Of a DNA stretch of 64,000 nt, positions 16,393 to 25,948 are shown in pieces. This DNA comes from Bacteroidaceae bacterium (GTDB lineage: Bacteria > Bacteroidota > Bacteroidia > Bacteroidales > Bacteroidaceae), in contig JAFUAH010000004.1 of assembly GCA_017464345.1 (NCBI GenBank), positions 1,269 through 65,268 on the forward strand. Direction: 5' to 3'. The position numbers and the translations under genes are program-made. Within the stretch, counting starts at the first letter, position 1, and each line of letters starts with the position of its first letter. The notes under the pieces were generated by a model. It worked only from the letters and a program-made list of their open reading frames with translations, was not told the origin of the DNA and ran no database searches.

Positions 16393-18363
16393 GTGAAGAA
16401 ACTCTGTACAATACTGGCTATAGTTCTTTTGTGCTTTCAAGGAACAGCGCAAAATATCTACACGTGGCAAGATTTTGTGAACGAGATATCTGACGACGCG
16501 TATGCCGAGGAGCAGGGCTGGACGGAGCAGATGGAGGAACTGGCCCTGCTGGCGGCGCATCCCATGGACATTAACACGGCCACACAAGAGCAGTTGAGAC
16601 AGTTACCCTTCCTTACAGATAAACAGATAGAGGAGATACACGAATATGTGTTCCTGCACCGAGGTATGCGCTCGATAAGTGAATTAATGGCCATTTCATC
16701 GATAGATTTTCGCACCCGGCGGTTCCTTTCGCTCTTCCTTTATGCCGACCAAGCGGCGTTTGCCCGTCGAGATACACTGACACTGAAAAGCCTGCTGCAC
16801 AATAGCCGACACGAGGCTGCCGTGCGCATGGACATCCCATTATATTATCGCGATGGATATAGTTATCCCCCCCAACAGGGAGGTTACAATGGCAGTGCCC
16901 TGTACAACAACGTACGCTATCGGATGAAGAGTCAGCAGCACTTGGACCTCGGGCTATTGGCTGAGAAGGACCAGGGCGAACCCTTTCGCAAAAACAGCGG
17001 ATGGGACCACTACGGACTGCACGTGATGGTGCGTGACATAGGCATACTGCGCACGGCCATCGTGGGCGACTACAAGATGGGGTTCGGCGAGGGACTGGTG
17101 GTGAACACGGGCTTCACGACGGGAAAATCCAGTCTGATGGGACGTCCCAGCCAGGGCATCCGTGCCCATCAGGGACTGGACGAAGTGAACTTTTTCCGAG
17201 GTGGGGCCGCCACATTCCGAGTGAAGAAAGCGGAGCTAACGGCCTGGGTGTCGCACCGAAAACTGGATGCCACACTGAACAGCGACGGCACCGCACGGAC
17301 GCTACTCACCTCAGGACTGCACCGCACGGACAGCGAACTGGACAAGAAGGGTAACCTGGGCAGTACCCTGGCCGGAGGCAACGTGGCGTGGCAGCATAAG
17401 GGTGTACACCTCGGTGCTACGGGCTATTTTCAGCGGTTTCATCCGAATTTGTCGCCTGGCACAGCCCTCTATCGACGCATCTATCCAATGGGGCGAAACT
17501 TCGGTGTGGTGAGCATGAACTACGGCTACACCCACCTCTGGTTTTCCGTATCGGGCGAGACGGCCTACAGCACTAATCAGGGTGGATGGGCCACGCTGGA
17601 ACGTGCGAGTTGGAAAATCAGTCCCCGATATACCCTGAGCGGGTCGTATCGCTTCTATTCATACAAATACTACTCTTTCTATGCCTCTGCCATCGCGGAA
17701 AACAGCCACGTTCAGAACGAAAGCGGTGCCACGCTACGACTGGATGCCACGCCCGTGGGGCGTTTGTCGACGACCGTCTACGTCGACTTCTTCTATAATC
17801 CCTGGCCGACCTACACGACACCCCGCAGCAGTAGTGGACAGGAACTGACGGCCACGATCCAATATCAGTGGCGACAGCATCATACACTGTCGGTACGCTA
17901 TCAGTTAAAACACAAGGAACAATACGACCTCATGCGCTGGCACAACCGACTGCGACTGCAATACGTCTGGGCCAAAGCATCCTGGAGCCTACGGAGTCTG
18001 CTGAACCTGCACGCCATGGACGGCGACCGGCCGGGCTACGCTCTCTCGCAGCTGGTTCGCTACAAGCATACCACAGGGGACGTAGCCGTCATGGCCAGCT
18101 ACTTCGACACGCCCAACTACGACACTCGGGTCTTCGTCTATGAGCCCACGCTGAGCAACATGTTCCGCTATCCGTCGCTCTACGGAAGGGGAATCAGGTT
18201 GTCCGCCGTGGGCCGTTATTTTGTCTGGCACCGCCGCCTCTGTCTGGAAGTGCTCATCGGCAGCACCCGCTTCACCGACCGCAAAGTCCAAGGGTCGGGA
18301 ATGCAAAAAATCCGTAGTCCCTGGAAGAGTGACATCTCTGCCCAGATAGGACTACGGATATAA
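16393..18363 (+). CDS. Helix-hairpin-helix (ComEA-like) domain protein with large C-terminal beta-rich region
   Basis: GTG start and signal peptide KKLCTILAIVLLCFQGTAQ. The HhH segment is MDINTATQEQLRQLPFLTDKQIEEI...SISELMAISSI. About 500 aa follow with alternating aromatic/polar beta-strand-like patterns. Confidence 0.7.
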   Translation: MKKLCTILAIVLLCFQGTAQNIYTWQDFVNEISDDAYAEEQGWTEQMEELALLAAHPMDINTATQEQLRQLPFLTDKQIEEIHEYVFLHRGMRSISELMAISSIDFRTRRFLSLFLYADQAAFARRDTLTLKSLLHNSRHEAAVRMDIPLYYRDGYSYPPQQGGYNGSALYNNVRYRMKSQQHLDLGLLAEKDQGEPFRKNSGWDHYGLHVMVRDIGILRTAIVGDYKMGFGEGLVVNTGFTTGKSSLMGRPSQGIRAHQGLDEVNFFRGGAATFRVKKAELTAWVSHRKLDATLNSDGTARTLLTSGLHRTDSELDKKGNLGSTLAGGNVAWQHKGVHLGATGYFQRFHPNLSPGTALYRRIYPMGRNFGVVSMNYGYTHLWFSVSGETAYSTNQGGWATLERASWKISPRYTLSGSYRFYSYKYYSFYASAIAENSHVQNESGATLRLDATPVGRLSTTVYVDFFYNPWPTYTTPRSSSGQELTATIQYQWRQHHTLSVRYQLKHKEQYDLMRWHNRLRLQYVWAKASWSLRSLLNLHAMDGDRPGYALSQLVRYKHTTGDVAVMASYFDTPNYDTRVFVYEPTLSNMFRYPSLYGRGIRLSAVGRYFVWHRRLCLEVLIGSTRFTDRKVQGSGMQKIRSPWKSDISAQIGLRI

Positions 18364-18412
18364 GGGAAAAGTAAAACTGTGTATACAATCGTTTTTTTAG
18401 TTTTATCAGAAT

Positions 18413-19078
18413 TTAGCTATTTTCGTTTTTAATAAATCCCTTCACCTTATCCTTCCAGTTCTTCTTATCCTGATTCACGATAATTTGTGCCACCTTGTCG
18501 CCTGCTCGTACGGTAATGAGCCCTGAACGATTCTCGCTACCGTCGTTACTACTGGCTTCAACGGCTATTTTACCATTTGCCGTGTAGACGGTAATCCAAT
18601 CAGGCTGTGAGACTACGGACCACTCCTCAACATTGCAGGTGACCTTTACGTCCTGCTTGAATCCGCTCTTAGGCTTGGCCTTGAAGTCAAGTCTCGACGG
18701 TTCGACAAAAAGCTGTATTTCTACACGTTTTTCCTCCTTCTGCCTTTCTTTTACTTCCTTCTGGGACTGGACAGATACAGCAGTATCAGCCATTTTCTTA
18801 TCGGTAGATACTGGCTGTAATCGCTTGATAGTCTGCTCACATTTCTTTATTTGCTTGTCGCACTTGGCAGTGTTTTCTTCCACATTCTCCTTTGTCTTGG
18901 CATACGCCACTTTGGCTGCCTTGAACTTTAGAATGGCTGCTTGCTGCTTACTCTTTCCGTACTGTTTTTGCAAAGCCAAACCCTCGTTGTACAATTTGTC
19001 TCCCACTGTTTTTTGGCCGAATAACATCATTGGAGAGAGAAACATAAGGATGTAAAGTAATAATCTTAAATTCTTCAT
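18413..19078 (-). CDS. Lipoprotein/secreted protein with C-terminal BACON-like domain
   Basis: Signal peptide present. The C-terminus is ...WSVVSQPDWITVYTANGKIAVEASSNDGSENRSGLITVRAGDKVAQIIVNQ. It lies 14 nt downstream of the kinase gene. Confidence 0.65.
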   Translation of the reverse strand: MKNLRLLLYILMFLSPMMLFGQKTVGDKLYNEGLALQKQYGKSKQQAAILKFKAAKVAYAKTKENVEENTAKCDKQIKKCEQTIKRLQPVSTDKKMADTAVSVQSQKEVKERQKEEKRVEIQLFVEPSRLDFKAKPKSGFKQDVKVTCNVEEWSVVSQPDWITVYTANGKIAVEASSNDGSENRSGLITVRAGDKVAQIIVNQDKKNWKDKVKGFIKNENS

Positions 19079-19092
19079 TTTTGCAATATATT

Positions 19093-20541
19093 TTATTCTG
19101 AAATAATGTCAGCATTTGCTGAAAGATATGTATCTATGTGGCGGGCACGCTCGGCATAGGCCTGTGCCAGTTCAGTTTCGCCCAGCCCAGCAAAATCCTC
19201 AGCTTGTAGGGCCAAGCTCTGTCGGGCAGCATCCAGCTGTGCACCCACGTTTCTAAGGTCCGACTCCACCTTGAGGGCGAGGTCCTGCATGTCCTCTACC
19301 CGAGCTACTTCCAGAGCCTCGGCATAGAGGCGATGGGAGGTTATCAGATAGTTTTCGTAGTTTTCCATATCCTGGTCAGATCCCACGGTCTTGGCCGAAT
19401 CGGCTATGCAGACAAGCGAATCTATCTGATTCTGTATCATCTCATGGTGAATCATGGCCAGTTGTTCAGTTTCCTGACGGCGAACGGCAGACAGGTGATT
19501 GGAGACCGCTACGCAGATGCCGACGATGAGCAGCAGTGCCGCCAGTGTGCCCCCTGCAGCGATGACCAGTGGTTTAGGAATGTGTGGTCTGCCTCCTCCC
19601 TCACGGGTCTGCATTGTCTCCAAGGCGACGCGCATCTGGGCCGAACTCTGGTAACGCTGTTCCTGCCGTTTGGCACAGGCCTTGGCGATGATGTCCCGTA
19701 GGGCTTTGTTCTTGATTACGCCCAGTGGCAGTTTGGCCTTGAGCTGCTTCTCCAGAATTTCATGGCGAGCTCCGTCAAAAGGTGTGTGTCCTACAAGACA
19801 CTGATACAACAGAATGCCCATGGCATAGATATCGGTAGTCTGGTTTTGGTTCTTCACGTCTCCCAGAGCCAGTTCAGGTGCCGCGTACTCGGGTTTCCCC
19901 ATGAAGGCACCAGCCACGGTCAGCCCCTTGTCATTGGTCGTCAGGTTGTTCATCTGCTTGGCAATGCCAAAGTCGATGAGTTTGATGTGGCGGTCTGTCG
20001 TGAGCATGATGTTCGAAGGATCAATGTCACGATGGATGTAGCCTGCATCGTGCAGGGCCATGAGTCCAGAAAGCACGTTCTTCACCACGATGCGTGCAAA
20101 ATATTCAGGATCGTTCCTGTAGTAGCCTAGCATCTCCACAGCGTATGGGACATCCTGTCCGTCCCGGTCTTTCACCTTCCCCTCAAGCACATCGGAGAGC
20201 GAGACACCCGTCAGCAGTTCGCTCACCACGTGGTAGTGTTTGCGTACTTCCCCCGTTACGCTTGTTTCCTCAAGTTCGATGAAGCCCAGCATCTCCACTA
20301 GATTATCGTTACGGAGCTGTATGGCGGCCTCGCGGCGGGCACGCTCTATAGCATGGGCTGGAAGGTCGGCATACATGAACTTGATGGCTACGGGCCTACT
20401 GCTGCCAGTGCGCTCATCTACGCAGATGCCCTTGTATACCTGGCCCATACCTCCGACACCGATGGGCTGGTCATCGGAATTCACTTGATAGTAGACACCT
20501 CGCTGTCTTTCTTCTCTTCCTTGTATCTTTACGTATGGCAT
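19093..20541 (-). CDS. Hanks-type Ser/Thr kinase, bitopic, with about 130-aa extracytoplasmic helical tail
   Basis: Motifs are IGVGGMGQVYKG, VAIKF, HRDIDPSNIML, DFGIAK and GKPEYAAPE. The TM segment is LVIAAGGTLAALLLIVGICVAV. The start overlaps the PP2C stop (TAATG). Confidence 0.85.
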   Translation of the reverse strand: MPYVKIQGREERQRGVYYQVNSDDQPIGVGGMGQVYKGICVDERTGSSRPVAIKFMYADLPAHAIERARREAAIQLRNDNLVEMLGFIELEETSVTGEVRKHYHVVSELLTGVSLSDVLEGKVKDRDGQDVPYAVEMLGYYRNDPEYFARIVVKNVLSGLMALHDAGYIHRDIDPSNIMLTTDRHIKLIDFGIAKQMNNLTTNDKGLTVAGAFMGKPEYAAPELALGDVKNQNQTTDIYAMGILLYQCLVGHTPFDGARHEILEKQLKAKLPLGVIKNKALRDIIAKACAKRQEQRYQSSAQMRVALETMQTREGGGRPHIPKPLVIAAGGTLAALLLIVGICVAVSNHLSAVRRQETEQLAMIHHEMIQNQIDSLVCIADSAKTVGSDQDMENYENYLITSHRLYAEALEVARVEDMQDLALKVESDLRNVGAQLDAARQSLALQAEDFAGLGETELAQAYAERARHIDTYLSANADIISE

Positions 20542-21677
20542 TATTTCGATTTCTTTTTCAGTTTGTCTATTTCCGTTCTCAGCAATACCGATTCTTTCCG
20601 GAGCGAGTCGTTTTGCTCTTGCAGCGAATCCACCTTTCCTTGCAGGCAGACCTCATTCTCCCTAAGCGACTCGTTTTCTGTCAGTTGCTGCTTGTAGGTC
20701 TGATCACTGGAGGCAGTACGTGCCACCAAACTTTGTCGCAGTTCGTCACACTGCCGTGTCAGTTTCTCGACTTGGGCAGAGAGTTGTTGAACCTCTCCTG
20801 ACTTATCGTCTCTGAACAGCAGTGCACCATTACACAGAATGCTTAGCAGGAGTAAGCCTGCCAGTGTAGCGAATATAGTCTTGGTCTTCATATTCCATTT
20901 ATCTTTTAATGTAGAGTCTATCCCCATCTCTATCACAGCCAGTGTGTGATTGTCATAGTGCCCACCAGATGTCGTGCCTATGTTGTCAATTTCTCTTTGC
21001 AAGTTCTCCACCAGGTTGTCCATCGCCACTCCATTGCCTAGGCGTTGGAGCAAGTCGGGATGTGGCATCTCCCCCCATACACCGTCCGTGCACAAGAAGA
21101 AACGATCACCCTTCTGGTAGGGCACGAATGTTATCTCTGCCACATGATTGCTCGTATTGCCTAGTGCCCGCGTGATAACGTTCGACTGTGGGGAAAGGCG
21201 TGCCTGCTCCTCATTCAGAGCCTTGGCCATGACCAATTCGGCCACAAGGGAGTGATCCCGCGTACGAAAGGCTAGTTTGCTCCCATTCATCCGGTAGCAA
21301 CGGCTGTCACCAAGGTGTGCAACGGCTGCGGAATCCTCATTTACAAGTACGGCCACCAACGTGGATCCCATACCACGCAGGTGGGGCTCTTCGTCCATCT
21401 TGCGGTATAGAACATCATTGGCTCGCGACGTTGCCAACTTGATTACATCCTCGCGCGATGCTTGTGGTGAACTTTCGTAGATGGTCTGCATGAATACTTG
21501 TTTGGCCAGGTATGAAGCCATCTTTCCACCAGGACCTCCGCCCATGCCGTCGCAGACAACGAGCAGGAAGCCATGCGGTGTATCAGTCCAGCCCACATCA
21601 TCCTGATTTTCGGGCCGTCCACCAATCAGCGACGATGCATAGCCTGTAATGGGGTATTTTTTGGATTCTATCTGCAT
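20541..21677 (-). CDS. PP2C-family Ser/Thr phosphatase, bitopic, C-terminal coiled coil
   Basis: Motifs are GGRPENQDD, VCDGMGGGPGG and LCTDGVWG. The TM segment is IFATLAGLLLLSILCNGALLF, followed by a heptad-rich tail. Confidence 0.85.
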   Translation of the reverse strand: MQIESKKYPITGYASSLIGGRPENQDDVGWTDTPHGFLLVVCDGMGGGPGGKMASYLAKQVFMQTIYESSPQASREDVIKLATSRANDVLYRKMDEEPHLRGMGSTLVAVLVNEDSAAVAHLGDSRCYRMNGSKLAFRTRDHSLVAELVMAKALNEEQARLSPQSNVITRALGNTSNHVAEITFVPYQKGDRFFLCTDGVWGEMPHPDLLQRLGNGVAMDNLVENLQREIDNIGTTSGGHYDNHTLAVIEMGIDSTLKDKWNMKTKTIFATLAGLLLLSILCNGALLFRDDKSGEVQQLSAQVEKLTRQCDELRQSLVARTASSDQTYKQQLTENESLRENEVCLQGKVDSLQEQNDSLRKESVLLRTEIDKLKKKSK

Positions 21678-21691
21678 GTATCAACTTTTTC

Positions 21692-22318
21692 TCATAAGTT
21701 GGCAAAGATAACCATGACGGAAAAGACAATAATTGCAATGGAGAGGAAAAAGAAAGCCATCCCCCAACCATCCCACGTATCCTGTGCTTCGTTAAATGCC
21801 TCCGCATTCTGCCATCTGCGGTTCTCCCATGCCAGTCTCCGTCCTTGTACGCCGAAAATGATGCTGGGGATGAGTGTCCAGCCCACTGCTATATTGACAA
21901 GAAAGGCCCACCAGCAACCATTAAAAAAGCCCCACAGAGGATAGAACATGAAAGCTCCCCAGCTCCACTCGTCAATCTCGGGCTGAACTTCGGGCATGGG
22001 AGGGGTGATGGGCTGGACTACTACGGGTGGGGTGAAGACAGGTTCGGGTCGACGTGGCGGAAAAAATTGGTCTATCTGGTTCCATGTGACGGGATATTGC
22101 CCCGCCACCATGATAGTGTCACCGTGGTGGATGGGCACGGCTCTGTTCTTCACATTGATGTTATTTATCAACGTGCCGTTAGTACTGGTGTCACGATACA
22201 TCAGCTGGCTACCGTCGTAGTAGAGCGTGGCATGGTACTTGCTGGCATATTGGCAATGGTCATCCAGATAGATATCGCTGTTCTTCGAGCGACCGATGGT
22301 TACCTCTCTTATTGTCAT
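21692..22318 (-). CDS. FHA-domain protein with Pro-rich linker and Trp-rich two-helix membrane module (DUF2628-like)
   Basis: The FHA part is IGRSKNSDIYLDD...HATLYYDGSQLMYRDTSTNGTLIN. The C-terminus is WSWGAFMFYPLWGFFNGCWWAF. Confidence 0.8.
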   Translation of the reverse strand: MTIREVTIGRSKNSDIYLDDHCQYASKYHATLYYDGSQLMYRDTSTNGTLINNINVKNRAVPIHHGDTIMVAGQYPVTWNQIDQFFPPRRPEPVFTPPVVVQPITPPMPEVQPEIDEWSWGAFMFYPLWGFFNGCWWAFLVNIAVGWTLIPSIIFGVQGRRLAWENRRWQNAEAFNEAQDTWDGWGMAFFFLSIAIIVFSVMVIFANL

Positions 22319-22330
22319 GTTTGCTCTCTC

Positions 22331-23707
22331 CTATTGTGATATGTTAAGAATGATTGCACGCTTGTTTTTGGTATCGTACAGGGCAAATGTACCCGCACCG
22401 CCGACCATGTATTCTGCCTTCGTGGTGCCATTTATGCTTGTCTCCACATTGTAGGCACGGACTACTGAGTTTGCCAGGTCCTTGTAGGTAAAACCGTAGG
22501 TCTTTACTTTTTTCTTCTCGGACAGCAGTTTTACTTTCACTAGCTGATAAGCCTCTGCATTATTGCCCACCCCCGCCAAGTGGTATTCCACGCTGACTTT
22601 GGTGCTGCCTGTGCCTGTCGGGGATATACTGAGAGGGATGCTGAGACTGTCCAGCGCCAGTTGCTCATCCACCTCCTTTACTCCGACGAAGGTGGCTGGC
22701 TGGCGGTTCACCATCGCCTCGCCTTCTGCCAGTATGACATCGAAAAGAGGGTTGAACTTGGGATTCTTCTCACGTCTCAGGCTGACGAATTCAGACATGC
22801 TTACCTTGCGCATGTCGCCAGAAACAGTTCTGACCAGAAGGTAGTTCTCCGAGTCCTTCTGGCTCATATAGCTCTGTTCCAAGACTATGCCACGTACTTC
22901 ATCGTTGTATGTAGTATGTACTATATCCAGCAGTTCGCTCTGCTCGAAAATGTCTTGTGAGGCATTCACGGGATGGTATGTGTACTTGACAATGTCGTTT
23001 ACCTTGAATGTCTCTGTCAGCCCTCCCCTTACATACAGGCTTTGGGTGTACTTGGTTTCGTCAGCAGGCTGTCCATCCACGCTTTCCCCTGACTGTAGAC
23101 GGTAGGTACAGTCAATGCCGGAAAGGGCGTTCTTAGCTCGACGATTGGTCTTGATGACGGCCACGTCATCCCAGGAGAGGATGTATGTATTTGGGGAGAG
23201 TTCCAAGTATTTCACCTTGATACCCTTCTCCAAGACTTTCACCTTGGGAATGTTGCGCTTCTGCTGAAGATAATAGGAGAAGCGATGGACTTTGGCAGGC
23301 TTCGCATCATCAGCACTCTTATCAACGTATGTGGAGTCGTCGCCCTCATTGTCTGACCATTCGGCAACAGAGTCGACTTCTGCCTGAAAGCCTGTGAATG
23401 TAATGCTATTAAGCGTCAGTGTCTTTTTGCTACCAACTCTGTCATAAGCATCATTCTCACTGGCCCATTTTGCCCAAGCCTCATCCAGACTGTTCTCATC
23501 ATATACATGGAAACCGATATCAACCTTTGCACCGTCTATCATAATGGTAGCATTTTCGGAACAGAATATCAACCGGCCATCCCCTGACTGCTGGACATAA
23601 CCATTTAGGAGAGAACCATTCTTAAGGTACAGGTGCTGAACGACCTGCGCCTTAGCCACCATAGCCATTGCCAAGGCAGAAATGAGGATGAAAATATTCT
23701 TTTTCAT
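22331..23707 (-). CDS. Secreted protein of unknown function
   Basis: Signal peptide MKKNIFILISALAMAMVAKAQ. I recognise no motif. It is embedded in the operon with 9-12 nt gaps. Confidence 0.7.
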   Translation of the reverse strand: MKKNIFILISALAMAMVAKAQVVQHLYLKNGSLLNGYVQQSGDGRLIFCSENATIMIDGAKVDIGFHVYDENSLDEAWAKWASENDAYDRVGSKKTLTLNSITFTGFQAEVDSVAEWSDNEGDDSTYVDKSADDAKPAKVHRFSYYLQQKRNIPKVKVLEKGIKVKYLELSPNTYILSWDDVAVIKTNRRAKNALSGIDCTYRLQSGESVDGQPADETKYTQSLYVRGGLTETFKVNDIVKYTYHPVNASQDIFEQSELLDIVHTTYNDEVRGIVLEQSYMSQKDSENYLLVRTVSGDMRKVSMSEFVSLRREKNPKFNPLFDVILAEGEAMVNRQPATFVGVKEVDEQLALDSLSIPLSISPTGTGSTKVSVEYHLAGVGNNAEAYQLVKVKLLSEKKKVKTYGFTYKDLANSVVRAYNVETSINGTTKAEYMVGGAGTFALYDTKNKRAIILNISQ

Positions 23708-23716
23708 GGATTTATT

Positions 23717-25291
23717 CTATTTTCTGTGTGGATTACTTAACAATTCTTGGATATATTTTGCCTGTACACCGTAGTTGTAGCCTTGTGTTTCAGGATTCCC
23801 CGAGTTGAGCACACCTATCAGCATACCCTGTTCATTGAATATGGGTGAACCGCTGGCACCATGTGTAGAGATGGCATTGAATCCAAAGGTATACTCTGAG
23901 GCTGCCTGTGTGATGTTACCACCATTGCTGACAGCCTGGATGCCCTTTTCGTTGTCACGCTTCTGAATGATTTCCCAAGTATCGTCCATACCCAAGGGGA
24001 ATCCCATCGTGACCAGATGATTACCTACTTTCAAGGCCTCTTCGCTGATGTCCATGGAATCTTTGACATTGACGTAAGTGCACTTTGATGTGGGAAGTCG
24101 CATCGAAACGGTCTGAACCAGGGCTACATCCTTCTCTTTCTCATCGCCTGCAGACAGGACACGACACTTAATCATATTGTCCGGGTCAAAAATCTCACCT
24201 TGGGGAACTAACGCTATATAGTCCAGTTCACCATCTACCTTTACCTGAGATATGTAGGCCGAGAGACTGGTGGCGTTGCCTCTAAAGTATGTACGCTTCA
24301 CATCTATTGTGGCAATACTCTGGGCTAAACTCTTGGATATGAGATTTTGCAACACTTCTCTTGCGTTGGTGTACAACCATGGCTTGACCACATGCAGGTT
24401 GGTTATGGCCATTCCGTCCTCTGAAATAAAGAATCCAGTACCGGAATATGCTCCGGAATTCATAGTTATCTCATTTATCCAGTTTACAAGGTCTTTGGAA
24501 GATAGGCTACTTACGTCCAGCAATTTGTCACCCGCAAGTAATACCTTGGTAGGAATTTCGAACAAAGCCATTTGCTCAGGTGTCATGTCTCCCACCGTGA
24601 CATTGTAGTGATAGACACCTATCATCATGACTAAAGAACGATTGTAGCGTGCGAAAAGTTCACCGTCATCATATTTTTTATCATGAGTACCTATCAATGT
24701 CTTCACGCCCAGTCCAAGCCCGGCAACTACTATCAGACTGGCAGCTATCTTGAGAAGCGTGGAGAGGGTATCGGCAGGCCATGATATCTGATTCCTTAGG
24801 TTTACGGGCACTCCGCCACAGACGACTGCGCTCGATTTTTTTATGCGGAAGGGGGTGTTTGATGGAATTTTCTTTCCGTCCACGGTTGTGCCGTTCTTGC
24901 TATGGTCCACAATGTAGACTTTGTTGTCACGCCCAACCTTTATGGTAGCATGGTACCGACTCACGGTAGCACCGGATATCTGTATGTCGTTCTGAAAGTT
25001 GGAACCTACACCGTAAATGGCCTTATAGGCTGAATTATCCTCGGACATGGGCACCTGGCTCCATTGCAGTTCTACATCAGCAAAGCGTATGGCATCGCCC
25101 CGACGAACATTTACGGGCTTTCCCGGCTGTATGGGCTGGTTCATGATGAACGTTCCGTTGCGGCTGTTCTTATCTTCAATCTGCATGTCCCCGTTATCCA
25201 GCATCACCAGTTCGGCATGTAGCGAACTTACCCTGTCACTATGCAGCACAATATCACAGGTCTGTGCCCGGCCTATCTTCAGCAGTCTCAT
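23717..25291 (-). CDS. Tandem-FHA / TM / trypsin-like serine protease fusion
   Basis: There are two FHA units (IGRAQTCDIVL...SLHAEL...SRNGTFI and ...SRYHATI...SKNGTTVDG). The TM segment is LLKIAASLIVVAGLGLGV. The protease triad context is ITNLHVV, DVALVQ and GASGSPIF. Confidence 0.85.
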   Translation of the reverse strand: MRLLKIGRAQTCDIVLHSDRVSSLHAELVMLDNGDMQIEDKNSRNGTFIMNQPIQPGKPVNVRRGDAIRFADVELQWSQVPMSEDNSAYKAIYGVGSNFQNDIQISGATVSRYHATIKVGRDNKVYIVDHSKNGTTVDGKKIPSNTPFRIKKSSAVVCGGVPVNLRNQISWPADTLSTLLKIAASLIVVAGLGLGVKTLIGTHDKKYDDGELFARYNRSLVMMIGVYHYNVTVGDMTPEQMALFEIPTKVLLAGDKLLDVSSLSSKDLVNWINEITMNSGAYSGTGFFISEDGMAITNLHVVKPWLYTNAREVLQNLISKSLAQSIATIDVKRTYFRGNATSLSAYISQVKVDGELDYIALVPQGEIFDPDNMIKCRVLSAGDEKEKDVALVQTVSMRLPTSKCTYVNVKDSMDISEEALKVGNHLVTMGFPLGMDDTWEIIQKRDNEKGIQAVSNGGNITQAASEYTFGFNAISTHGASGSPIFNEQGMLIGVLNSGNPETQGYNYGVQAKYIQELLSNPHRK

Positions 25292-25333
25292 AGTAGTCTT
25301 TCTTTTTTATATTGATTACGTGTGTCATTAATT

Positions 25334-25942
25334 TCACCTATCGGCTCGCTTTACGTTTTTGCCCTCTTCATTTATTTTCTTTTCAGGCTCTTTTTTCTTT
25401 TTATCCTTGCTATCCGTCGGCTTGTTCTCCTTCTTATTGGTTGTCTGGGCAGGTCTCAGTTTGGCCAACGAGTCCTTTACAGCTTTCTCAATGGAGTCCT
25501 TTCTTTGCTTCTCCTGCTTTTGCAGTTCTTCGGCCTTGCGTAACCGTTCCAGACTGTCAAGTGCCATTTCTGCCGGAGTGGGAACTGGAGCCTCTTCCTT
25601 GCTCATCCGCTTAATACCAAATACTGCCCCGGCGACAATGACCAGCACTCCAAGGGCTATGATTGCCCAGCGCAGGTAGCCAGCCCCTCCTCTGGGTATC
25701 AGATTCCAGTCGAGCCGGGCCACGTGGGCAAAGGATATATTGTCTTTGCGTGTCACTGGTACGGGCACGTTAGGTGAAATGCGGATGCCATTGACATAGG
25801 TACCGTTGGTGCTCTGGTCCACAATGGTCATCTTTCCAAAACTCTCTACGCTCAGCGTGGCATGGCGGCGACTTATGATATCCGTACGGTCGTTGATGAC
25901 AATGTCACAGCCTTGTTCTCTCCCGATAGAATAAACTTTCAT
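25334..25942 (-). CDS. FHA-domain bitopic protein with Lys/Glu-rich tail
   Basis: The FHA part is IGREQGCDIVIND...RRHATL...STNGTYVNG. The TM segment is WAIIALGVLVIVAGAVFGI, followed by a charged low-complexity tail. Confidence 0.8.
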   Translation of the reverse strand: MKVYSIGREQGCDIVINDRTDIISRRHATLSVESFGKMTIVDQSTNGTYVNGIRISPNVPVPVTRKDNISFAHVARLDWNLIPRGGAGYLRWAIIALGVLVIVAGAVFGIKRMSKEEAPVPTPAEMALDSLERLRKAEELQKQEKQRKDSIEKAVKDSLAKLRPAQTTNKKENKPTDSKDKKKKEPEKKINEEGKNVKRADR

Positions 25943-25948
25943 GTGTAT

